DNA of 64,000 nucleotides from Octopus sinensis (GCF_006345805.1 NC_043011.1:1922001-1986000); one strand, 5' to 3'. Positions 48,935 through 62,449 are shown, counted from the first letter of the stretch. A program made the numbers and translations. Notes: a model not told the origin generated them from the letters alone.

Positions 48935-51165
48935 CCCAATTTTCAGAGTTGGCACTGTAAATGTAGGTCTAATATGATTGTAGAGATGCTTCAATTGAAG
49001 CAGGTTGATGTATGTTGCATCCAAGAGATAAGGTGGAGAGGAGCTTCAGCCAGGTTCCTCACAGGCAAGACACATAGATATAAAATCTTTGGGAAGGTAA
49101 CAGTGACAGAGTAGGTGGTGTGAGCATACTTTTTGCAGAGAGATGGGTAGATAAGGTTACAGATGTAGTCAGAGTGTGCGATAGAGTACTTAAGCTCTGG
49201 CTAGTCTTGCAGAATGGTATAGTTAAAATTATATCTGCCTGCACCCCACAAGTAGGCCTATCAAATGAACAGAAGGATTACTTTTATGATATTCTTCTGC
49301 AGGCTACCTCAAAAACGAGTGACAATGATCTCATCTTCATGGCTGGGAATTTCAGTGGGCATGTCAGATGGCAGCCTGGTATCTTCCATAGTTGCTCTTA
49401 AATACAAAGACCCTCACTGATGAATAATGTACCCCTCCAGCATAGACTAGTCATTAGCGACTTTAGACGTGAGGCCAGAAGGATGCCAAGAAGCACATCA
49501 ATCTGGGAAAGAAGGATTTGGAACCCTTCATATGGTCAGAGATTTAGGGACATCCTAATTGAGAAATTTGATGAGAGGGAAGAGGAGCTACAAACTTGTG
49601 ACATTGAAGAAAACAGGAAATTTCTACTGGACAGCTTGTTGAGTGCCACAGACCAAATCTATGGCTGGTGCAAAGTCCTTTTCAGACCTAGGGTAACGTG
49701 GTGGTGGAACAATACTGTAGACAGGGCCTGGAAGGCCTAGAAGTGTTGGGGCAGCAGGAAACTGTATCAGATAGCCAGAAGGGAAACTAGGAGACAGGTT
49801 TATCTAGCCAAGGAAGAAGCAGAAATGAAGAAGTTTGCCTATGTTCAGCGTTGTGAGGATCAAAGAACTGAAGTATTTCAGATTGCAAGAGAGTGTGTGA
49901 GAAAAAATTGTGATGTCACAGGAAAGAAATGTGTCCGCATGTATAATGGTGCACTTGCTTTTAATTAGTCTGTAAAGAAAGAATATTGAAGATGCCATTA
50001 TGAAAGGCTGCTGAATGTGGAGAATGAATGGGAGGAGGAGAGCTTGCCAAATGTTGACCCGATTGAGGGACCAGCTACCTGAATCAACAGTATGCTGGTA
50101 GATAAAGCAATTAAGGACATATAGAAAGGAAAAGCCCTCGGCTCATCAGGAATCACTGCTGAGATGCTTACAATGTCTGGTGGTGTGGGTTATGGTCTAG
50201 TCACCCATATTGTAAATCAGGTGATACACAAAAGAGTCATACCCAATAACTGGTGTACCAGCACTATAGTCAACTGCTACAAAGGTAAAAGTGATGCCTA
50301 AGATTGTAATAATTACAGAGGTATCAAATTGTTGGATCAGGTGATGAAACTTGTGGCGAGAGTCATAGATTAGGCTTGGTAAAGTTCAGGAAGCTTCTGC
50401 TGCTGCTTGCAACAAAGGGCCTCTCACCGAGTGAAAAGCAGATTGTTTGATGCCTGCGTGCGAACAGCTATGCTACATGGCAGTGAAACATGGGCTATAA
50501 CAGCCGAGGACATGCAAAGGCTTGAAAGGAATGAAGCTAATATGCTTTTCTGGATGTGCAATGTCAGTGTGCATGTTCGATAGAGTGTAAGCATCTTGAG
50601 AGAAAAGTTAGGCATAAGAGGCATCACATGTGGTGTGCAAGAGAGACAACTGTGCTGGTATGGTCATGTGATGCATATGGACGAGGAGACCTATGTAAAG
50701 AAGTGTCAGTCTCTAACTGTGGTGGGAACCTGTGACAGAGGTAGAATCAGGAAGACATGGGACGAGATGATGAAGCATGATCTTTGAACCTCACAGAGGC
50801 AATGACTGGTGACTATGACCATTGGCAATGTGCTGTGCTTGAGAGGACCCATCAAGCCAAGTGCACCTGTACTGGTAGCACGTAAAGAACGTCCTTTGAA
50901 TGTTGGGCCTCACGGAGGCAAAGTGGCTGAGTTCCTTTCGAGCATTGGGCCTACACAGAGGCAATAACCAGGACTTTTAGCATTATGTCAAGCTTGAGTA
51001 GAAGACCCATCAAGCCAAACAAAATCATTGTCATGACAGATACCAGTGCCATGCAAATTGGTACCCATGCTGGTAGCATGTAAATGCACCACGGTGTCAC
51101 ACAAATGGTACTCGTGCTGGTGGCACGTAAAAGCACCCATCACACCCTCTGAGTGGTTGGCTTTA
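48935..51165 (+). mobile_element. RTE LINE, decayed, RT core deleted
   Basis: APE motifs VGTVNVG, CIQE.RW, AGNFSGH, QHRLV; NYRGIKLL joined directly to post-RT MLHGSETW; 3' UTR modules. Confidence 0.9.
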
Positions 51166-52019
51166 GTTCAATACACGACAGTACACACACACACATAAAT
51201 GTCAGAAACACATTATAGTGTTGCATTTTGATGAGTTACTATACAGGTGTATGTGACAATGTAGTTCAGGAATTTTTACTCATATACACATGGGTAATGC
51301 AGCCTGTAGAAAATTGTTTCTATCTTTGTCCAGTACATATTAAAAGCATTCTCTGACACAAGTTAGCATCAATACACAGAATCTGAATTGCCACAGATAC
51401 GTTTGTTGATATAAAAAAAAGCACTAAGCTACTTGTAATTTTTTACTTTAAAAACATTGTAAAGTTTAACAGGAAAGATAGTTTGGGTGTATCATGTGAT
51501 ACTGTCCCTAGATGATGTCATAATTCCCAAATTCTCTGCAGAAAAACATTTCTAAATTTGCAAGTTGATATGTCATATGACAGGTGACACATGATTATAA
51601 CTTCAAACTCTTTGTTATATTTAGATCTATTTTATAATTGTTTAAATCGATTTTTAACGATTCAGTTTCCTTCCTACATATAAACCTTGTTTCCCTTATT
51701 GCATACACTTAATTACATTTTTGTTTTGTGACATATACTTGGATATTTCAGCATATAAGTAGGATTTTTTTAGGATGCATGCAAATATTTGCTTTTACAC
51801 ACAGGTATGTATAATTTTCCAGCTTAGTGCCTACACACATGTGTATGTCCTGTTTTGTAATTGCTTTCCAGTCTTCCATATATACATTATTTTTACTGTG
51901 GTTATTCTATAGTTAAAATCTTTTTACTTTTAATTGTTTCAGTTATTACACTGTGGCCATGAGATTTTAGTTAAATGAATAACCCCCCAGTACATATTTT
52001 TTCTATTCTATTGGCGTCT

Positions 52020-52125
52020 TTTATTGAACCACTGAGTTATGGGGGACATAAACACATCAACACCAGTGATCAAGCATTGGTAGGGGATAAACGCAGACAC
52101 AAAGATACAAACACATACACACACA

Positions 52126-52172
<47 letters not shown>

Positions 52173-52335
52173 TTATATATAGAATGGGCTTTCAGTTTCT
52201 GTCTACCAAATCCACTCCTATGGCTTTGGTTGGCCCAAGGCTATAGTAAAAGACATTTGTCCAAGGTGCCATGTAGTGAGACTGAATTCAGAATCATCTG
52301 GTTGGGAAGCAAGCTTCTTATCACACAGCCACACC
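52020..52335 (-). mobile_element. SINE family B, partial, with expanded (CA)n
   Basis: Reverse complement of head and body. Confidence 0.8.
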
Positions 52336-52604
52336 TAAATGTTTCCCCATATTTCCTTAACTTAGCTCGAAACATTCGGTAGTTTAATAATTCCATTTAT
52401 TTACCAAAATTTTTATTCCAATACAAATTATGCAGGCTAAACTAATTCAGTTAAGTAATATTCTTTGACTTCTAAAAGTTTTCTATTTTAGGTATAATGG
52501 GTATCACCTTTGGTTCAGTATATTAACTCATCATTTTCCTCTGAAACCAGGATGAGTTAGACTAATTTAATAATATTTGATTGTAATACTTAATAATATT
52601 CTTC

Positions 52605-53043
52605 GGATCTTTTCAGTTTGAACGGTAGTTTTTAACATAATTTCTAGGTAACTAAAAAATTTTAAACTTCGTATACTGGTAGAATGTGTTTATAAAACAT
52701 CTTTTCTCTTGGCTTTATTGAGAAAATTCTATAGTTTGTAAGATATTTGTTGTTTTTTTTCTTCAATTTCTGCAATTTCAACCAATCACTGATGTTGATT
52801 GAAGTAAAATACATTCTGTGCTGTATGAATATGTCCCTCATTTAAGAAACAGATTGGGTTTATTTACATTTGTGAAGAAAAAAAGATGCCCTTCCCCCTA
52901 CCCCTAACCCTAACCCTAACCCTAACTAACCCCACCCCTAAAACAAATTGAAATGCAATAGATCGATACTAGGGTCATAATTATGGGTGACAATTTCATA
53001 TGACATCGCTAGAAAAAAACTGCCGTTCAAACCGAAAAGATCC
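52605..53043. mobile_element. Second copy of the (CCCTAA)n-bearing MITE
   Basis: Perfect 8-bp TSD TATTCTTC at 52597-52604 and 53044-53051; (CCCTAA)4 at 52902-52925. Confidence 0.92.
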
Positions 53044-53548
53044 TATTCTTCTGGCTTTTACATATTCCCATTCTGCAATTCATAGACTCACCACCCTCCT
53101 CATATAATTTTCGTTACTCTGACTAAAATTTAATATTCCTGAACTGAATGAATACTTTTATGGCAGTACAGTCAATTTTGGCTCTTTCTCTAACCATGAG
53201 ATTTATTAATATAATAAATGTTCTTCTAAATCCTAGATTTTACTTCCCCATTTCAAATCAAATGAAAACAAGTGTTATACTATGTTTTCTGCATTAGCTC
53301 CAAGAGGCTAAACAATTATAATAATGTTTTATGACATCTACGTGGAACATTCTCACTTTGTGTAACAGACAAATTTTTTAATTATAACCATATTGTGCCA
53401 TCTTGTCACACACCTTAAAGCTTCTCTTTGATTTATAAAATAAGTTTTCAAAATTTACTAATTCACTTGTTGTCTTATGAATATTAATGATTAATACATC
53501 AATATATGTTAACTTCTTTATCAATCAATCAGAAGTGGTTATTTTCTT

Positions 53549-53777
53549 TCAACATTATAGCCTTCAGATTTCCTTGTCAAATCTAATGCTTAATTATTCA
53601 CGTTGTTTGAATTAATCATGCATTATCTTGTAACAGTGAGATTTCGATGATGTGAGTGTTTATTTTTAGAATGACATTGTGGAGTAGGCATGAGATATTG
53701 GATCTGGTCAGTTTGAACCTAAGCACAAGCAGAATATTTTGGCTGGATACGGTTGGTTTAAATGCTAAAAGGGTTAA
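53549..53777 (+). mobile_element. piggyBac-like MITE
   Basis: Right end GCTAAAAGGG-TTAA; left end decayed; homologous to 1633-2780. Confidence 0.65.
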
Positions 53778-53904
53778 AGATGACATTCATAACTAGCCTA
53801 ATATAGGATTTAACAGTTTTAATTTCTTCTGTCACTCACCCCACTTTCTTGATGCATGCATTTCATTTGATTCTCCTTTGTACTTTTCTTTTAATTTTGG
53901 TTTC

Positions 53905-54303
53905 CTTTCACTCTTTCACTGTTTCAGTCATTTGACTGCGGCCATGCTGGAGCACTGCCTTTAGTCGAGCAAATCGACCCCAGGACTTATTCTTTGTAAG
54001 CCCAGTACTTATTCTATCGATCTCTTTTGCCGAACCGCTAAGTTACGGGAACGCAAACATACCAGCATCGGTTGTCAAGCAATGCTAGGGGGACAAACAC
54101 AGACACACAAACACACACACATATATATATACATATATATGACGGGCTTCTTTCAGTTTCTGTCTACCAAATCCACTCACAAGGCTTTGGTCGGCCCGAG
54201 ACTATAGTAGAAGACACTTGCCCAAGGTGCCACACAGTGGGACTGAACCTGGAACTATGTGGTTGGTAAGCAAGCTACTTACCACACAGCCACTCCTGCG
54301 CCT
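53905..54303 (-). mobile_element. SINE family B, full length
   Basis: Reverse complement of 28996-29402. Confidence 0.88.
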
Positions 54304-55054
54304 ATTTCTTAGGATGTTTTCAGGACATGTCATATATGGTCAATATATAACTTATTTGGAAAGAAAAAATATATAAATTATTTGACAGATTTTGGTAATT
54401 ACAAGTGGGTTCTTACAGTAGTTGCTATGTGGACGTTTGTTTTTGAGTTCAACTTATGATGTGACAGTTACATTGAGCATGCAATAGTAGTTAACATTAA
54501 AATTGTGTGCATTGATAATTACCTTGTATTTCTGTGCTTGGAATGTTGGATTTACTAGAGTTAGGATATTTCTGCTTAGGTTCATAGTAACATCCAAGTT
54601 AAGTGTACGAGTTGAACCAAATGGTCCTCTTTTTTACTAGTTCTCCTTAGTATGATGTGGATGCAGTGTTTTCCATGTAATATAGCTTATCATTGAAAAA
54701 GTTTCTTGCGAGTATATCATAATTAATGGGACCTTTGTTTGACAATAAATTGAAAATTCTTCTACTTATATTAACCCATCAATTATGGTTGTGATGCTGA
54801 TCAGAATTGTAGAGAGTGTATATTGTAGTTTCATTTGCCTTTCTACAAGAGTAAGATTCATTAGTTTATTACAGTTTCTAATTATTAAGTTTAAGGTGAG
54901 AAGTTAATATATAAAGACGGGATTTAAGCAAATAAGTGTCTACTAACCTTGAAATGGCTATGAAGGTTGGAGGAGATGTAAAGTGAACCCCCAAACATTG
55001 TTTGTCAAATTGGGAAGGGTCAGTAAAGCTGGATTTATATTATGTAAAGAGCAT

Positions 55055-55342
55055 GGCCATTCGCCAGCCTCGTCTGGCACCTGTGTCGGTGGCACAAAAA
55101 AAAACACCATCCGAGCGTGGCCGTTCGCCAGCCTCGTCTGGCACCTGTGTCGGTGGCACATAAAAAGCACCCACTACACTCACGGAGGGGTTGGCGTTAG
55201 GAAGGGCATCCAGCTGTAGAAATACTGCCAGATCTGACTGGCCTGGTGCAGCCTTCGGACTTCCCAGACCCCAGTTGAACCGTCCAACCCATGCTAGCAT
55301 GGAAAGCGGACGTTAAACGATGATGATGATGATGATGATGAT
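55055..55342 (+). mobile_element. RTE 3' tail with an internal duplication of about 62 bp
   Basis: TTCGCCAGCCTCGTCTGGCACCTGTGTCGGTGGCACA occurs twice; ends in (GAT)n. Confidence 0.88.
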
Positions 55343-55617
55343 AGTTCTTAGAAGCTGCTACTTTCTTGTCTGAGCTAACTTAGAGTAAGCATTCTCATAA
55401 CATATAGAGTAACTTAAAACACTGAGGCTTACTAAATGCTTTAATAAAAATGACATATATGCATGAGAATGAATCCGATAGAATGGTGGGAAGACATGAT
55501 ATTAGTGCTGTGGAATATTGATGAGTGGTAAGCTTTTTACCAGTCACATTACTGGTATGAAACTTATTATAGATGAAAAATTATCTTATAGTTGTCAGTC
55601 TACATATGTATATGACT

Positions 55618-55908
55618 GTGACTGTGACTGTGACTGACCAGGCTATCAGATATTGCTACACATCGCTGGTCACAATGCGCTTCACATTGTTTAACCTTCA
55701 AATGACACCACCCCGCTGGCTAAGTGAGCAGGCCAACACAAGAAAGAGTGAGAGAAAGTTGTGGCGAAAAAGTACAGCAGGGATCACCACCACCCCCTGC
55801 CGGAGTGGAGTTTTAGGTGTTTTCACCCAATAAACACTCACAACGCCCGGTCTGGAAATCGAAACCGCGAGTCTACTGCTCTAACCACTGGGCCATTGTG
55901 GCTCCACA
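55618..55908 (-). mobile_element. SINE family C, tail type 2
   Basis: Reverse complement of 23630-23935. Confidence 0.85.
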
Positions 55909-56311
55909 CATATGTATATACGTTACTTTATAGGAAGTGTGGGATATAATATATCTTCAAATGACTTAAGTAGTACAGCAGTGCAGGGCTTGTGTGCTGG
56001 TAAGATACTGATAATAGACCAGGTATTAGCCAAGTCAACAAAGCAAGCACTGTTAGAAAGAGAAAATTTTGGTTAAGAGCATTCTTCAGTTTTTACCATT
56101 TGAACTTAACTGATGAGGTTATAGGGAAATGGAAAGCAGCATGAGGAGACAGTGCAGAAGCTCTTTGTTGCTGAATTCAAGGAAACAACATAGCCTCAGA
56201 ATGGGAAGTAATGGTAGTAAGAAATGACACAAAGTTTACGCAGATAATGTAGAAGTTTAATGAATTATATACTGAAAGGAAGTTGTATGAGGTTATATTT
56301 TGTAGAAATTA

Positions 56312-57605
56312 TGAGGGACGTTCAATAAGTAATGCCTCTGACCCACTTGCAGTTGTCTGATCTAGCTGAAATTTTACATGTGCAATTATTTATATCTCTA
56401 TAGATTAAGTGGCAAATTACAGCTCTGAACTAATTGTGGTTCCTGATTTACAGGTGTTTGAACTGAGTCAAGTGTGAACTAGAGCCTGTTGAGTGTCGAG
56501 CAGTGATCCGGTTTTCGTATTTGAAAGGACGCACACCACGGGAGACTTTTGATGAAATGAAAGTAACTTATGGTGATGATGCCCCATCATATGACCTTGT
56601 AAAACGCTGGCATCGTGAATTCAAACATGGTCAGAACTCTGTGGAAACAGCTCCCAGATCTGGTCGCCCCCACCTTCTGCCATTGATCAGGCATCTGTCT
56701 GTCAAGTTGAAGCTGCCATTTTGGAAGATCGATGCATAACTATTCGCCAAATAGCCCATGAGGTCAAGATTAGTACCGGGTCTGTGGAAACTATCATTCA
56801 TGACCATTTACATATGCAAAAGGTGTCTGCCATATGGATTCCTAGGTTGCTCACACCTTTCCAGAAGCAAGAACGCGCCGAGTGCTCGAGGATGAATTTG
56901 GAGATGTGCCAAGAAGATGAGTCAAAATTTTTCAAAAGACTGATTACACAGGATGAAACCTGGGTCCATCACTATGATCCAGAGACCAAAGCCCAGTCAA
57001 TGCAGTGGAAGCACCATGACGCCTCCTCCAAAGAAGGCAAGGGTGCAGCCCTCCACTGACAAGGTCATGCTCACAGTCTTCTGGGACCAGGACGGAGTAG
57101 TGATGACAGATTTCCTGGCAAAGGGTACCACAATTACAGGAGCCTATTATGCTTCATTTTTTTGAGGAAATTAAGAGAAGCTATCAAAATCAAGAGGCGG
57201 GGCAAGATCAGCAAAGGCATCCTCCTCCTGCAGGACAATGCTCCAGTCTACAATTCACGTGTCGCCAGATCAGAAGCACAGGCATGTGGCTATGAACTCC
57301 TCCCCCATCCCCCTACTCTCATGACCTTGCACCCTCTGATTTTCACATCTTCCCAGCCATGAAGTTGTTTTTGAAAGGAAAGCATTTCCCAGATGATGCA
57401 GTTTTGAATTCTGAAGTCACGTTCAGGTTGGAGGACCAAGCTGGGGTCTTCTACAAAAATGGTCTCCAGAGCTGCATCAAACAGTGGGAGAAATGCATAA
57501 CTCTGGGTGGTTCCTATGTAGAAAAAGACTAATAACTGAGCCAAGTTTCGTTGCTCTACTGCTATGGGAAGTGGGTCAGGGGCATTACTTATTGAACGCC
57601 CCTCG
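56312..57605 (+). mobile_element. Full-length (1294 bp) frameshifted mariner
   Basis: TA-TGAGGGACGTTCAATAAGTAATGCC ... GGCATTACTTATTGAACGCCCCTCG-TA; RSGRP, QDETWVHHYDPETK.QS.QW, VMLTVFWD, LLQDNAP. Confidence 0.95.
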
Positions 57606-58409
57606 TATACTTGGTTTGAATTCTTAATAATGCAGTCACAGTATTATGGATGTAAGCTTTATTTGATAGATTTTATGACTAAAAATGTCAAGAAAGAAAG
57701 AATATTTAACTGTACACTTTGTTAGTAATTCTATATATAATTCTATAGATAAAATATGTTAAAACTCATTTCTTAAAGTCAGGAATATACACAATCTTTT
57801 GCTGATTTAAATACACGATTAGAAGTTATATATTAGTTATACACATCGACCAACTACTGGTAAGCTGCCATTTAATTATAATAAATGTGTATCTAAGTTA
57901 AATATGGAAAGCTGAAAGTAGATTTGTCAGCAATCATATGACAGTTGAAGTTGTTGCTACAAGTTTTTGCAACACATTTATATCATTCACTTAAACGTTA
58001 CCCATGATAGAAACTTAAGAAATATTGTAGTCAAGGAAGATTAATATGTTTAAACTGAAAAACATTGTGTTGGATTCAGAGGATAGCTCTAGTGGTATGC
58101 TAAATGGTTAAAGAGCAGATACTCAGGAAGAATAAAACCAGAAGTTAACTACTGTAATTAAAGAAAGAATTAAAAATATCTGACTTTTGAAAAAGATTCA
58201 GTCCTTGGTTAAAAGCAAAAATGTAAAGCAAGTTAGACAATACTTAAGAGAGATTAATGAAATATATTCTGGAGTTGGCAGCTAAGGGGGCAGTAATTTT
58301 ATGATTATCTTTTGTCTTTTACTTATTTTAGTCATTAGACTGTGGCCATGTTGTAGCACTGTCTTGAAGAATTTTTAGTTAAATGAATCGACCCCTGTAC
58401 TAATTTTTG

Positions 58410-60238
58410 GTACAGCAGCTGCAGGAGAAATACCTAGCCAAAGATAAACTCCTATACTTGGCTTTTGTTGACTTGGAGAAAGCCTTTGACTGGGTCCCCC
58501 AATCCCTTATCTGGTTGGTGATGTTGGAAACTAGGGATTAACAAGTGGCTAATAAGAGCTGCACAGGCCCTGTACAGGGATGCTGTTTGTAAGGTAGGGG
58601 TCAGCAATGAGTATAGTGAAGAATTCCGGGTTGAAGTAGGGGCTCACCAAAGATCAGCCCTCAGCCCCCTCTTATTCCTCATAGTCCTCCAGGCAATAAC
58701 AGAGGATTTCAAGACAGGTTGCCCCTGGGAGCTCCTCTAAGCTGATGACCTTGCTCTCATAGTGGAATCACTACTAGAACTAGAGAAGAAATTTTAGGTG
58801 TGGAAGCAAGGTCTAGAATTAAAGGGCTTTAGAGTCAATGTTGCAAAACCAAAGTCCTAGTAAGTAGGAAGGTGAACACATCACAAACCCCTTCAAGTAG
58901 ATGGCTCTGCTTGATCTGTAGAAAAGGTATAGGTACAAACTCCATACGATGTAATCAGTGTAAGTTATGGATGCATAAGAGGTGCAGCAACATCAAAGGA
59001 AGATTTACCAGGAAGATAGCTTTTATGTGTGGCAGATGCACAGGAGCAATAAACACTGCAGATGCTCAGAAAACTGATTCCATCACATGCCAGTGGGAGA
59101 AACTAGAAATAGTTGATAGCTTCCACTACCTAGGTGACCAAGTCTATAGTGGGGGTGGATGCTTAGAGAACATTACCACTAGAATAAGAATAGCCTGAGC
59201 AAAGTTCCTCTACTGGTGACAAAGGGCTTCTCACTCAGAGTGAAAGGTAGATTTTATGATGCATGTGTTGAACCTCCATGCTACACAGTAGTGAAACATG
59301 GGCCATTACTGCTGAAGAGATGCGTAGGCTTGAGAGAAATGAAGCTAGTATGATCTACTGTATGTATAATGTCAGTGTGCACACATAACAGAGTGTAAGT
59401 GGCCTGAGAGAAAAGTTGGACATAAGAAGCATCAAATGTGGTGTGCAAGAGAGACAACTGTGCTGGTATGGTCATGTGCTGCATATGGATGAGGAGAGCT
59501 GTGTGAGGAAATGTTACTCCCAAATAGTGGAAGGCACCTGTGGAAGAGGGAAACCCAAGAAGACCTGGGATGAGGTGGTGAAGCATGACCTCTGAATGCT
59601 GGGCCTCACAGAAGCAATGATGAAAGACCGAGACCTCTGGAGATATGCTGTGATTGAGAAGATTCGGCAAGTAAAGTGAGATCACAGTGTTGTATAACCA
59701 GCTCATTTAAAAGATAACTTTGAATTGTTGGGTGACACGCCATGCTTGAGGAGTCTTATTGAGTCAAGTAAAATCAAAATCAAAATCAAAATCAAATCAC
59801 AATCAATTGGAAATTGTAGTTGTGGCCAGTGCCAGTGCTGCTTAACTGGCTCCTGTGCTGGTGGCATGCAATAAGCACCATGCCTGCGTGGGTCATTGCC
59901 AGTGTCACCTGAATGGCTCTCCATGGCAGTGACATGTAAAAAGCACCATCTGAATGTGGTCGATGCCAGCCCCCTTGCCTCTACTGATTCCTGTGCCTGT
60001 AGCATGTAAAAAGCACCATCCGAATGTGGCCAATGCCAGTGTCACCTGACTGGCTCCCATGCTGGTGGAATGTAAATAGCACCCACTACATTCTCGGAGT
60101 GGTTGGCATTAGGAAGGGCATCCAGCTGCAGAAACATTGCCTGATCAGATTGGAGCTCGGTGCGGCCTCCTGGCTTGCCAGTCCCCAGTCAAACTGTCCA
60201 ACCCATGCCAGCATGAAAAACGGACGTTAAACGATGAT
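58410..60238 (+). mobile_element. 5'-truncated RTE LINE: RT, PHD-like finger and 3' UTR
   Basis: AFVDLEKAFD, LSPLLF, ADDLAL, C4HC3 finger at 58908-59039, WYGHV, RGKPKKTW; ends CGTTAAACGATGAT. Confidence 0.92.
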
Positions 60239-60254
60239 ATATCTGTACATCTTA

Positions 60255-60630
60255 TTTTAATCTCTTTCTACTTGTTTCAGTCATTAGACTGCAGCTATGT
60301 TGTGGCATCACCTTCAAGAATCTCCAGTTGAATGCATTGACTCCAATACATTTTTTAAAGCCTGGTACTTATTTTATCAATGTCTTTTGCTGAGCTGCTA
60401 AGTTACAGGGACATGAACACACCAACACTGGTTATCAAGTGATGGTGGGGGACAAACACAGAAAGAAAGACACACACACACACACACGCACATACATACA
60501 TATACAACAAGCTTCCTTCTATCAAATCCACTCACAAGGCTTTGGTTAGCCCAAGCCTGTAGTTGAAGACACATGCCCAAAATGCCATGCAGTGGAATAG
60601 AAGCTGGAATCACACAGCCATGTCTGCACC
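60255..60630 (-). mobile_element. Decayed SINE family B
   Basis: Reverse complement of tail, (CA)n and head. Confidence 0.75.
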
Positions 60631-60919
60631 TACATGTATATACATGTATGTATATATGCATTTATATATACGAATATATATATATATATATATACATATG
60701 TATATGCATATATATATGAGCATATACATATGTCTATCATCATCATCATCATCGTTTAATGTCTGCTTTCCATGTTGGCATATTTATTATTAATCACAGT
60801 TACATATTTATACACACGTATATATATATATATGTAATAAATAAAATATATGCATACATACAAACATATATGTAAGTACCTACATCTACATGTATATATA
60901 TACATGCATAAATAAATAT

Positions 60920-61170
60920 ATATACATGTGTACAGGACACCACAAATAGACGTAGAACTCAACGAGAAACGAAAACGTAAAAACAGCATGGAACGGACCA
61001 TTTTTCTAACAACGAGAAACAGAGTATAAGACAAATACACAAGGAAAAATCCCCTTCATCAGCTGTCTCTAGTTCAACTCCAGCGTGTTTCGAAGGTGAG
61101 GACAGAACACGTCTCGTCAAACTAGTCCTTCCTGCGAAAGAATTAAATAAAATTCCTTTGCAGAGGGGTA
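60920..61170 (-). mobile_element. Short PLE-type unit embedded in TA/CA microsatellite, hammerhead remnant at 61069-61125
   Basis: Minus strand CTAGT-TTGACGA-GACGTG..CACCTTC-GAAA-C..GTT-GAACTAG. Confidence 0.55.
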
Positions 61171-62449
61171 TATGTATATATATATACACACACACACATA
61201 TAACTGGGCAGTTATATATACATATAACTGAGTTCATAGAGTTGTGTGTAAATGATTGGTTTTTGCAAAGACAAACTTCCCCTTAATGTAATTCTTTGGT
61301 AGAGCCAACATCACAATGTGCGATGAGGCTGGACCTTTAAATAACATGGAAAACCCATCGAATGGCCTTACCATTTCTGGTTACAAAATTTCACTCTCAA
61401 AGTATGGTTCAACCTGAGACTATAAAACTATACACTTGTCCAAGATACCCTGTAGTGGAATTTAAATTTGGAATTAATGAGTACAAAGTGAGCCTTTTAA
61501 TGATTGAGCCAGGCAACACCTACATGATATATACATACACATTTACATAAATCACTTTGATTTATTTCAACAATATATTACTTTATAAGAAGTAGGTCTA
61601 TATACCAATTACTTTCAGAACATATGGCTATAAGATTTTAATGAAATTTTTTCATTTGTTATGTACCACCTACTTTATCCAAATTGTAACACAAATACAG
61701 CAACATCACTCTAGTAGTTTTTCATTCAAGAACATGTGCAAATAAACGTATACAGCATATTATGCTGATACACGTTGGCACAGTAACAGAAGAAAAACTC
61801 AAAGCTAATCTGATTCTGTTAGTTGCAGAATAATTGTTTTTATACACCTTCTAATATATACTTTGATAAGAGATTTTTAAAAGAATCTTGTCACTCTAAT
61901 CAACCTTTTCAATTTCTTCTATATACTATATACATTTTTGTATGTTTTACTAACTAGAATCTTGTCTGGGTGATTTTATATTATATTTTATAGAGCTTAT
62001 GTTGCAAATACAATGAGCTCCTTGTTTATTAATTTCTTTTGAACAATATTGCTTGATTTTATTTCAGCTTATGTAATATTTAAGCTGCTCTTTGCAGTAC
62101 TGTCAAATAAGTGTTACTTTTGTAAGAAGATAACCATTGATTATTTTTCACAAACAATTAAAGAAATCAATACCTGAATAGGCATCAAAAATCAGGGAAT
62201 CTTGAGTGTATTTGTATAATGTGAAAATGTTTCTGTTGTGTGACAATATTTCAAAAAATTTTTTATCATTTCTGAATGTATATTTGCTTATTTGTGAAAA
62301 TATTGCAAAAAAAGTGCTTGAAAGGTAATTGCATCAATCTCAGCACACTCAGTTTGAAATGGGTACTGAGGCTAAGTAATTAATCTTCTGGTTTTTATTA
62401 TAAAATTTGGATTGTGTGTGTGGGTGTGAGTGCATGTGTGTGATTATGT

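Noticed and set aside
59820-60090. Regularly spaced GGCACGTAAAAAGCACC modules as a CRISPR-like array
   Set aside because: Spacers are related to each other, modules lie in a LINE 3' UTR, and the DNA is eukaryotic with no cas genes
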